This document shows positions 22,677-34,151 of a stretch of DNA of 41,949 nt, piece by piece. This stretch comes from Octopus sinensis. Lineage: Eukaryota. The translations under genes were made by a program, and so were the position numbers. The stretch lies in assembly GCF_006345805.1 (NCBI RefSeq), contig NW_021835248.1:1-41949 (forward strand), written 5' to 3'. Position 1 is the first letter of the stretch. Each line of letters begins with the position of its first letter. Below the pieces are notes generated by a model. The model ran no database searches. It was not told the origin of the DNA and saw only the letters and a list, made by a program, of their open reading frames with translations.

Positions 22677-22956
22677 GAGTTAATTGTTTGACTGTTGCTG
22701 CTCAGATATGTCTGTCAACAGTGTTGTTGGAGGAAGGAGCAAGTTTAATGCTTTATGCATGAAATTAGTGGTAACCGACTCTTCTTCGAGTCACACGTAA
22801 AACAAAGGGCAACGGGAAGTCAATATGCATTCCTCAGTTTTACAGTGGCTGCTTTCAACAGGGAATCATTTCCTTATGTAGTACTTATAACAGGGGATAC
22901 TGGCCTGGAACACATGATGCCATTCCGATAAGATGACACGAACAGGGGAAAATAAA

Positions 22957-23449
22957 TCTTTATATATAAAAGTAAGGTTGTGTGTCTGTCTACTCCGATT
23001 TAGATTCCTAAATACTCCCACATTTTGGGGTGCAGTTTAACCAAAACCGGGTATCTTATAGTCGTGATTCATATCGAGCCCTTCTGCGTATTAGCGCGCG
23101 TCTACGATGAGTCTACGATTTAAAAAATAATTTACCATCATTTTTTTCCATTTTAATGCATATTTTTTAAATATAAGGGAAGTAACTCACTAAAAATGTC
23201 TACGATGAGTCTACGATTTAAAAAATAATTTACCATCATTTTTTTCCATTTTAATGCATATTTTTTAAATATAAGGGAAGTAACTCACTAAAAATGTCTA
23301 CGATGAGTCAACGATTTAAAAAAAAATTTACCATCATATTTTTTCCATTTTGAATGCATTTTTTTGCTATTTTTTTTCCTATAACTCTCTAAAAATGCTT
23401 TATAGTTATTTCCCTTACAAACCCGAGCAACGCCGGGCGATACTGCTAG
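22957..23449 (+). mobile_element. Non-autonomous Helitron with internal 98-bp tandem repeats
   Basis: Starts A|TC. Subterminal hairpin CCCGAGC-AAC-GCCGGG at 23422-23437. Ends CTAG|T. No TSD. Confidence 0.85.
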
Positions 23450-23814
23450 TAAGAAATAAATAAGAAATTTAGTGGAGTTGCAAAAAGAAAAAAAGAAGAA
23501 AAAAAAAAAACGATAAAGGGAAAAGAAAAACCATTCATATTTTAAGAATTCTACTCGAAACTAAAGCAGAAATCCTTGCGAACCAAAATATCTCTTCATA
23601 GTTTTCTGACAAAAGACATTATTGGAACCTGTAAAGTCCTAATTTACCTTTAATGGCACCAATTAGATAACAATGAATAAAAATGAAGACGGAGCATCGC
23701 GATGACCCGCAAAGCCGACAGATCGGTCTTTTATTATCAAATCCGTTTACTTTCACATTTCTCTTACATTCATTTGAATTTTGATAACTTCGATTATGCT
23801 ATCGATTAATTCAG

Positions 23815-23821
23815 CTATCAG

Positions 23822-23859
<38 letters not shown>

Positions 23860-24007
23860 AGTCTGTCTGTCTGTTTATCTATCAGTCTGTCTGTCTATCT
23901 ATCAGTCTGTCTGTCCGTCCGTCTGTCTGTCTGTCTCTCTGTCTGTGTGTGTCTGTCTATCTATCCATCAGTCTGTCTGTCTCTCTGTGTGTCTATCTAT
24001 CTATCCA

Positions 24008-24048
<41 letters not shown>

Positions 24049-24050
24049 AA
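23815..24050. repeat. (CTAT)n/(CTGT)n compound microsatellite
   Basis: Direct inspection. Confidence 0.9.
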
Positions 24051-24529
24051 ACTTTTTCGTTCTCCCTCTTTCTAGTTAATTATCTGTCTGTATATCTATC
24101 GATCCCTCCAGAATGCCTTTTTCTCTCCCCTCCCTCCCTTTCTCTCTCTCTCTCCCTTTCTCTCCATCTGTCTCTATGTCACCACCTTAGCTACCAATCG
24201 TTGTCCTCACTCCTGACGACGTCAAACAAATCGATGAATATTCATGAGACGCTTCTCTGGACCGGACGCGTACCACTTAATATCCGGACTTCATAATGTT
24301 GGACAATTCCACTTCAATTCTGCAATGGCTTTCTTTTTAATGAATTTGCTAGAACATGTGTCTCTGCAAATCCATTCTCTCTATTGGACATGGACAACCG
24401 ATTTCGTGCTACAGAGATTTTAATCGCTCACAGCCTATCATATAAAGACCTCCACCCTGCCCACCCCTGCCATCCTGGCCCACCTCCCATCAATTTGCTT
24501 GCCTACTTTTACTTTTCTCATTAACATTG

Positions 24530-24892
24530 TCTAGACACACACGCGCGCACACACACAGACGCACACACACGAACACACACACACACACGCGCACGCACAC
24601 ACGAATACACACACACGAACACACACACATACGCACACACACACACACGCACACACACACACACACACACACCACGCACACACACACACACGCGCGCACA
24701 CACGAACACACACACACGAACACACGCACACGCACGCACGCACGCACGCACACACACACGCGCACACACACACACATATACATTTCTGTGTATGTACAAA
24801 TTTATGATTGTATGCATGTAAGTATATAAAAGGTGTATATGAAGAAATAAGCACACATATGTGCATGTGTCTATGTATATACATGCATTCAT

Positions 24893-24939
<47 letters not shown>

Positions 24940-25070
24940 CGAATATGAATATGCATACATATATGTGTGTGTGTGTGTGTGCTTATCCTTCTTTCATTTT
25001 CTCTTTCACACACAAACACGTGTACACACAGACACACACAAACACGTGTACACACAGACAGACACATTTA
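24530..25070. repeat. (CA)n/(CG)-variant and (TA)n compound microsatellite
   Basis: Direct inspection. Confidence 0.9.
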
Positions 25071-25478
25071 CTTTAAACAGTCATTTAATCATGTTGATAG
25101 TGTTTGCATATAAATAGTAAATTGTATTTGTGTAGGTGTATATATGTACATGCGTGACTATGTGTGTATATGCGTGAGTATGTGTGTGTTATGAGTGTGG
25201 TTTAAGCAAGTACTAGCAAGTATTTACACCACAGACACACACGTGCTTATATATGCATAGAAAAAAACAAACACGCCTGCGCAAAAGCACATGCTCGCAC
25301 ACAAACATATCTATCTATCTATCTAAGATACAAAAACACAAGACGCAACCAGCCAAACAGTGAAAGTTGGATGCCAACGTGTGAAAAACCTCGGGTGTTC
25401 CTGAAATACCACTGGTACTTCTTTCTAGACTCTCAGTCTATTCAGCTGCTAATAGGCACCAACAGGGACACAATTCAC

Positions 25479-25954
25479 GGATCTTTTCGGTTTGAACGGC
25501 AGTTTTATTTAAATAATTTCTAGGTAACTAAAAAATTTTAAACTTCGTATACTAGTAGAATGTGTTTATAAAACATCTTTTTCTCTTGGCTTTATTGAGA
25601 AAATTCTATAGTTTGTAAGATATTTGTTGTTTTCTTTCTTCAATTTCTGCAATTTCAACCAATCGCTGACGTCTATTGAGTTAAGAAGCATTCTGTGCTG
25701 TATGAATATGTCCCTCGTTTAAGAAACAGATTGGGTTTTGATGATTTTGATTTTTCCAGTTTCAGCTAATGAGCTGTGGCCATGCTGGGGCACCGCCATT
25801 TATTTACATTTCTGAAGAAAATAAGATACCCTTCCCCCACCCCTAACCCTAAAAGAGATTGAAATGCAATAGATTGATTCTAGAGTCATAATTATGGGTG
25901 ACAATTTTATATGACACCGCTAGAAAAAAGCTGCCGTTCAAACCGAAAAGATCC
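25479..25954 (+). mobile_element. MITE copy 3 with ~60-bp internal insertion
   Basis: Same TIRs; TSD decayed (CAATTCAC vs TAATTCAT). Confidence 0.9.
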
Positions 25955-26091
25955 TAATTCATTAATAAATTGGTGTCCGATTGGTTTATAAATCTAATCA
26001 AATAAATATTTGAAACAATGTGCGAATTCTTGCATATAGAAAGTGTATAAAACTACATTCACTCATACACACAGAGAAAGGCATAGGTTTA

Positions 26092-26130
<39 letters not shown>

Positions 26131-26230
26131 TACATACATACATACATACATACATACATACATACATACATACATACATACATACATACATACATACATA
26201 CATACATACATACATACATTACATACATAC

Positions 26231-27245
26231 AGGCTTAGCATCGATTCAAAATGCATTTGAGTGTCGTATCATATTCTTTCGACAACATCTTTTAACCAGG
26301 AAGTGTCGAAGTCCATCCCTTGACCAAGTTTGCATACATGAGGCTGATAACATCATAAGACTTGGAAAGCAGCTCCTTGAGCAACACTCTTTGTCTGATA
26401 ACCTAGAATACACGCCCAAAGACGTTGCACGACTCTACTACAATGTATTATCATATGAAAGGATAAACCTATATGAGAAAAAGATTATGCATGGATATGT
26501 TAGTAGAAAACTCCGAGACGGTAGTAGTATTAATCATCAAAGCAGTCTATCATGGGCCAATAGCCGGATTACTACTTCCCACTTTGAAAGGTATGCGTTT
26601 GAAATCCAGGAATAAGAAATATCAATCAATTACCTGATGCAAAAAAGGAATAGAGATGCAAGAAAAGCAATAAAATGTAACAACCGATGCAAACTTTGTG
26701 GGGTTAACACCGAAGATATTACCCACACCATAAGCAGTTGTCTGAAAATGTCATCACAGTATTATCTACCGATGAGACATGATGTTGTGGCTAGAACACT
26801 CTACAATGAAATCACTCGGAAGGATAATCCCGGGAACAAAGAAATAAGAACCCACAATATGGTAGAAGCCACCATAGCCACTAATAATAAAGAGGTGTAC
26901 TGATGGAATGTCCCAGTGAAAAATTCAATAAAATGTAAGCACAACAGACCTGATATAATGATTTGGGATAGAGAAGAGAAACTGTGTAGAGTTGTAGAAA
27001 TTAGCTGCCCAGCGGATGTTAACATAAAGCTGAAGATCAGTGAAAAAGAGAACACCTATGCTGAACTATTGAGAAATCTGCAGATACTCTATCCAGATTA
27101 CAAGTCCAGGTTTATACCTGTAATTCTTGGGGCTCTGGGATACACTGCCTAAATACCATTCTTGAGAAAATAGGTTTCTCAAAAAAAGAAAAAAGAAAGT
27201 AGTTTTAATATTGAAAGAAGGAAGTTTTAGAGGAGGGTAGAGACG
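26231..27245 (+). mobile_element. R4/Dong-like non-LTR retrotransposon 3' part (CCHC zinc finger plus restriction-like endonuclease)
   Basis: One reading frame from ~26231 to 27152 with two in-frame stops. Contains CKLCGVNTEDITHTISSC, RHDVVA and HNRPDIMIWDREEKLCRVVEISCP. Confidence 0.88.
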
Positions 27246-28496
27246 AATCAATCGACACCACTACTCAAACAGTATTTTGTTTTATCGATCTCAGAAGAAG
27301 GAAAGATAAGTCGAAAGGACTTACATTCGGGACGCAAACGAAATATCATCAAGCTGTTTGGCAACGCTCTGATGCTTCTGCCAATCAAATACTCTCTCTG
27401 AGTAATATCCAGGAATCTAAAACCACCCAGCAATTTTTCATAAAAGTCTTGTGAAAAATAAGCGGAAGATAGATGTGTTGAGAGTTTTAGAACTGCGGAG
27501 TAATGTTTTAAAGTAACAGACTCCATAAGTCAGAGCAGACAAGTTTTATCAGCATTGCAGGTAAATATATTGGCTGGAAACCTAGAGAGAGCCAGTAAAG
27601 CAACATTAAAATTTAAGGGTAGTGAATGAGCAGAAAAGAAGGAGCACAAAACAACTTCGTCTTAGTTCTGTTCTTCAATGTTTTGATTTCTAATTTAATT
27701 TGTTCAATTGACTTCGGCCGGAATTCTTTTGGGTCTTTAAAATGAGTTCCGATAAATATATCAACGTTGATTCAATTTATTATCTTTCCATTTCTGTACT
27801 GAGTCAAAAGAAGGTAATATTTTGTCGATATTGGACTAAAATGACAGAATGGAAATAAATTTGAAATATTTTCGTAGACAAAACAGATTCAGATATTGAA
27901 TTCAGGAACAGAAAATTACTTTATCGACTGCATGCTCGTTGTCTAATTTAAAATCGAAAATAATGATTGAATTATCGTTTTTGATTGTTAAAGGAATACA
28001 GCACTAGTTTATATTACCTGGCTGCACAACAGGTTTCTTTTGTAAAGATTTACATATTTCTTTTTTCAATATGTCGTCGTTTGCAGCGTTACCAGTGACA
28101 AATACAGAAAAGTCAATTCTTTTAAAAAGAAATATAAATATTGGGAAGGTTTCTTTTCCGGACAAGTGTGGGGTAGTTAAGAGAGCAAATCGTTTGGTTG
28201 CCAGGATTTCACCAATAATCTTCCTAACATTCTATACCAATGTTTGAAGTGATAATTCTAATGTTTGGTCTCTGCCATCCCTAATTCAATATCACAGACT
28301 GTATCATTATTAGATTAAAAAATAAACAGAAAATTTATATTCATAGGACTCTCCAAATCATTAGCGGTACCTATTTTATTTCTATTTGGTTACACGAAAG
28401 CAATTAAGCATCAAATGCTTCAAGATTTTTTTTTCTAGTACAAAAATGAGATGACTCCGACACAGCCCACATTTTGCCGAACAATAACATATCAGT

Positions 28497-28717
28497 TAAT
28501 AATAAAATATAATAATAATAATAATGATAATAATAATAATGATTAATAATAATAATAATGATAATAATAATAATGATAATAATATAATGATGATAATAAT
28601 AATAATATGATATAATAATAATAATGATAATAATAATAATAAGTAATAATAATAATAATGATGATAATAATAATAATAATGATAATAATAATAATAATAA
28701 TGATAATAATGATGATG

Positions 28718-28751
<34 letters not shown>

Positions 28752-28762
28752 TGATGATGATA
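28497..28762. repeat. (TAA)n/(TGA)n microsatellite
   Basis: Direct inspection; source of the poly-I and poly-N ORFs. Confidence 0.95.
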
Positions 28763-30463
28763 ATGTTTTCATGTTTCTTCATATACTTCACTGTTTTTTT
28801 TTTTACTTTTAATAATAAATCGACTTATCGGAGACGAGGAGTGTCACAATTGCATTAGAATATCTGAGATGTTATTTTCAGGTATATTTGACTAATTTAC
28901 CTTTTCAGATATTAACGACACCCCTTCCCCTCGCTATATCTGGATTTTTGGGGGATAATCTTTGAAAATGTGTCCCATGACGCCTGATTCTTTCTTCATA
29001 TTTCCGAGTCATTTCTCTCCTCTCGGAAAAAAAAAACCAAAAAACCAAACAACTTTATTCCTTTTTATTTCCTGTTTTACATAAAAGCGACATTTTGACT
29101 GTTTGTTGTAGAAATTATCGGCATTTTTGTGCTTTAATGTCTCCACCTATCCTTCAGGTTGACTGTATAAAACTGACAGCAGAGAAACCGTTTCTACACA
29201 TGCACACACACACACATACACATACGTACACGAACGCATACACACATCTACATTAATACACGTTAACGCGGAGAAATAATATCGGTCGCATATTAAAGCG
29301 AAGATACATATGCACGCGCGCGAGCACACACACACACCTATACTTGCCTGGATCCTTCATTCCACATCACGAGATGTGCAAAGACCTGGTATGTTTCCAT
29401 ACAGCAACCACGGAAGAGCGAATGCATCACACTCAAGGTTTAGAAAGACGCATGCGTACAACCCACTATCTATCTATCTATCTATCTACCTATCCTATCC
29501 ATCCATCCATCCATTCATCCATCCATCTACCTATCTCTGCTTCCATCCATCCAGCTATCTGTCTTTCTATCTATCTATCTATCTATCCATGCATCCATCC
29601 ATCCATCATTCTATACATACATACATACATACATACATACATACATACATACATACATACATACATACATACATACTTACATGGTGGCTGCCCCCTCGTT
29701 ATCGAGTATGGCCATTGCACGAAGCTTAATCAATGTTGTTATCGTGCAATGCCTGTGCAAGAAGATTTTTTCTAAAGTGAGGAAAGGCTGTGCACTGAGT
29801 CAATCTCACTCACTAAGCAACAGCAGCCATAATCCGAAAAGAAGAACAAGTCAACATCATCGGTAACCACTGAGCTGCAGGTTTTATGTCGGAGTTATCC
29901 CAGTTACCTGAGTTACCTTCGCCTAGAAGGATGCCCTAACAAAGGCTAGGAGTCCTTCACTCCCAATGGTTTAACCGCGCGATCGGGTATTTAGTTCGAT
30001 TATTTCTATGTCCCCGCGCATGATACAGCCTTAAGATATTTATTGGATGGCCGTTGACTCTCAAGAGTTCCTCCGCCCTTTGACGGGTTTTGTCTTTCAT
30101 CCCGCAGGGTGTCCAATATGTCCAATAAACACCCTCCTCACCAGGCAAGCTTGGTGGGGTTGCCGGTTTAGTCGCCGACGACCCGACCATGCAACATACA
30201 TACATACATACATACATTCACACACGCATATTACTGAACGAAAATTATCACCAAACGATGAAGATTGGAGAACGATGTATTGTTGTTGCTGTTGTATTTG
30301 TTGCCTTTTCTTTTCATCATCATCATCATCGTCGTCATTGCTTTTATTTCTGATCTCCATCGTTCTCTCGATATGTCCTTATTAAAGTGATCGCGCAACT
30401 TAACCAAAATTTGAACAACATTTACTCAAAAAAAAAAAAAACCAGAATCCTCATCTCACTTAC

Positions 30464-30542
30464 CTGCCTATTTTATGAGCCAGTAAACCAAATACATTTG
30501 TTCCTATCAAATACGAAATGCTTGCGGGTAAAAAGGCAACAC
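30464..30542 (-). CDS. VMAT: VMAT exon, TM8 ((G)[25 protein letters not shown](R))
   Basis: Acceptor cctttccttttcag, donor AG|GTAAGT, 79 nt. Near identical to '[27 protein letters not shown]'. Confidence 0.97.
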
Positions 30543-30689
30543 CTGAAAAGGAAAGGTGTAAGAATTAGCCAACGACAGTTCCAATGTTAACATCAATTTT
30601 TAATTAAACTTTCTACCTTTCGGTCACACTCTCACTCAACAAACCCCTTTAAAACTAGATTTTATTTTCAACACTCTGGTACAGCTTTT

Positions 30690-31106
30690 AGATCTTTTCG
30701 GTTTGAACGGCAGTTTTTAACATAATTTCTAGGTAACTAAAAAAATTTTAACTTCGTGTACTGGTAGAATGTGTTTATAAAACATCTTTTTCTCTTGGCT
30801 TTATTGAGAAAATTCTATAGTTTGTAAGATATTTGTTGTTTTTTTCTTCAATTTCTGTAATTTCAACCAATCACTGACGTCCATTGAGGTAAAAAAAACA
30901 TTCTGTGCCGTATGGGTATGTCCCTCGTTTAAGAAACAGATTGGGTTTATTTATATTTGTGAAGAAAAAAGATACCCTTCCCCCCACCCCTAACCCTAAC
31001 CCTAAAACAGATTGAAATGCAATAGATCGATACTAGGGTCATAATTATGGGTGACAATTCCATATGACACCGCTAGAAAAAACTGCTGTTCAAACCGAAA
31101 AGATCC
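30690..31106 (+). mobile_element. MITE copy 4
   Basis: Same TIRs (first base A instead of G); perfect 8-bp TSD CAGCTTTT at 30682-30689 and 31107-31114. Confidence 0.93.
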
Positions 31107-31355
31107 CAGCTTTTTGCTTTTAATACATATGGTTGTGAAAGAAGACTTCAGTATCCTTACATCTAAAATGAAATATACTTTTTAGAGCTAAAACATTTTT
31201 GGGGGAAAATATCTCCTGAAAATCTTTGCCCCATGAAAGGTCAGCACTTGCTTTAACCATTTAGCGAAGATTCTCAGTTACATTTAGAGAAAGTTTCAAT
31301 CACACAAATCAATCGTTTTCCCGTACCAATATCAACAGCCTGTGTGTGTGTGTGT

Positions 31356-31485
<130 letters not shown>

Positions 31486-31783
31486 CGAGAGAGAGAAAGT
31501 GAGCTCGTGTGTGTGTACCTTAATGTTTGTATTATTCTTTTCATATCAAAGTTGCGTTCTTTACAAAGGGCAATGAAAGCATTGCCGCTCTGTGGACAAA
31601 GACAGCTTTAGGACCACAACTGTATAACTCGATATTTACTCATTAATTATACTCACAGGATTACCAGTTCTTTAATAAAACCTATCCCATAAATTTCCCC
31701 AAGTATGCAATTATCACAACACACACAAGCACACACTTTGGACAATCGCATGCGAGTTCGATATGGAATGAATAGCATCTTAC

Positions 31784-31879
31784 CTTGCTCCCATTCGGGT
31801 GCGCCCATTGTGTCCGACATCCACATTGGTAGGGACGGCTCCAACATGGCGATACCCATGTTTGCAAACGTTATAGATC
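31784..31879 (-). CDS. VMAT: VMAT exon, TM7 ((G)[31 protein letters not shown](G)); most 5' exon found
   Basis: Acceptor ttctttttcttttcaag, donor G|GTAAGA, 96 nt. Matches '[25 protein letters not shown]'. The eight exons total 641 nt (2 + 213 codons) with no internal stop. Confidence 0.97.
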
Positions 31880-31987
31880 CTTGAAAAGAAAAAGAAGAGA
31901 TTTGGTAATCTTGAGATCATGACACGCTGTAGAGATGTTCAGCCTCGCCCTCCCCACACATGAAACTCCAAAATGAAATGAAATGAA

Positions 31988-32059
<72 letters not shown>

Positions 32060-32254
32060 GCGTGTATGTGTGTGTGTATGTACATACATATATATGTATA
32101 TATGAGAGAGATAGAGATAGAGAGAGAGAGAGAAATAGATAGACAGACAGGTAGGTATATGTATACGTGTATATATATGCACTGTGTGAGTATGAATGTA
32201 TGCATGTGTGCATGTATGTGTGTGCGTATACTTATATATATATATATATATGTA

Positions 32255-32707
32255 TACTCTTTTACTCTTTTACTTGTTTCAGTGATTTGACTGCACCCAT
32301 GCTGGAGCACCGCTTTTTAGTCGATCAAATCGACCCCCAGGACTTATTCTTTGTGAGCCTAGTACATATTCTATTGGTCTCTTTTGCCGAACCGCTAAGT
32401 GACGGGGACGTAAACACACCAGCATCGGTTGTCAAGCGATGTTGGGGGGACAAACACAGACAAACACACTCACACACACACACACACACACATATATATA
32501 CATATATACGACGGGCTTCTTTCAGTTTCCGTCTACCAAATCCACTCACATGGCTTTGGTCGGCCCGAGGCTATAGTAGAAGACACTTGCCCAAGGTGCC
32601 ACGCAGTCGGACTGAACCCGGAACCATGTGGTTGGTAAGTAAGCTACTTACCATCCAGCCACTCATGCGCCTATAGCTACTTACCACACTGCCACTCCTG
32701 CGCCTAT
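32255..32707 (-). mobile_element. SINE family A with tandemly duplicated 5' end
   Basis: Homologous to the 8946 and 11218 copies; the 33-bp head is duplicated at 32642-32674 and 32675-32707. Confidence 0.9.
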
Positions 32708-32724
32708 GTATATGTATTTATAGT

Positions 32725-33652
32725 GATGATGCTGATGGCAATCCCTCAAGGTCGAGGATGATGGTCTTCGCGCAAATTTACTGGTGAGTCCGTAGGTGAC
32801 CGATAAGACCAATTCTTGCTTGAAAAGATCGGTCGTAGTGCGGTCATCTAGTGCCGGAAGGGAGAGTCGCACGTGGTTGTTGTTGGCGCTCCTTCCGTCG
32901 TCGTCTTTTCTCCTCCAGCTCTGCAGACCTTTTCGACTCGAAAGTCGCCGTTCCCTCATGGATGGTGGTTTTCCAGAGTGGTCTGTTTTTTGCCGTTTCC
33001 TCCCAGTTGGTGAAGTCAATGTCACACTTTTTGAGGTTGGTTTTCAGGGAGTCCTTGTAGCGTTTCTTCTGGCCTCCTTTTGTACCCTTGCCGTCTTTGA
33101 GTTGGGAGTAGAAGATCTGTTTGGGAAGTCGTTCGTCAGTCATTCTAACCACGTGGCCGCTCCATCTTAGTTGGCCTTTGATGACACAGGCTTCGATGCT
33201 GGTCATTTTTGCTTCTTGTAGCACGCTGACGTTAGTTCTGTCTTCCCAGCTGATGTTAAGGATCTTCCGAAAACAGCGTTGGTGAAATTTCTCGAGCGTT
33301 TTCAGGTGGTGACTATACGGGGTCCAGGTTTCGGATGCGTAAAGGAGAGTTGGAATAATGACTGCCCTGTACACCATGAGTTTGGTTTCGGTTCGGATGT
33401 CCCGATCAGCAAAAACTCTTGTTTGAAGCTTGCCGAAAGCTGTTCCTGCACACTTCAGACGGTGTTGGATTTCATCGCTGAGGTCTACCTTTGCTGACAG
33501 ATGGCTCCCAAGGTAGCAGAAATGGTTCACATTTTCCAGTGTATTTCCTTCGAGTTGAATCGATGGCGGGTTGTCAACACGGGCATTGGGAGGCGGTTGG
33601 TAGAGTAAGTGAGTCTTCTTGATGTTGATGCTCAGTCCAAGTTGGACTGAGC
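32725..33652 (-). mobile_element. 5'-truncated RTE-clade LINE (RT C-terminus and C2H2-like tail)
   Basis: Open for ~270 codons: GLSINIKKT, FCYLGS, LLYASETW, LRWSGHVVRM, GGQKKRYKD. Followed by RIGLIGHLRTH and a CAT-type tail. Direct repeat ATTTATAGT at 32716-32724 and 33653-33661. Confidence 0.93.
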
Positions 33653-34069
33653 ATTTATAGTAAGATATCAGAATAATGGCGTTAGTAAGAAAGGATAGAA
33701 ATGACAATAAAAGAAGATAAAAGAAAATAAAAGACACCAAAAGGCAGTTAAAGTACAAGATATAAGGAGGCTTAATTTGCCATAACAGGTTTCCCGATAG
33801 AAAGTAAATAGACAGAAATATGTGTATGTGTGTGTGTGTGTTTAGTACTCAACTCAACTGCCAGTTAAATACATTTTGAAATCTGATGATTACTACGAAC
33901 GTATGAAAGCGTTAATTGAACTTTATGAACATTACGAAATATTACAACATTGTAAAGAAAACAAAATTTAAAATGTAATAATAAAAAGCGTGAAAACCAG
34001 ACGATGCTGATATATTATTCTATACACATTTACACAAATTCGGAAAATTTATACATACATATATATATG

Positions 34070-34151
<82 letters not shown>

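Noticed and set aside
29880-30200. GC-richer segment resembling a retroelement 5' UTR (similar character at 19960-20130)
   Set aside because: I recognise no diagnostic motif, terminus or second copy in the window, so it is left unannotated.
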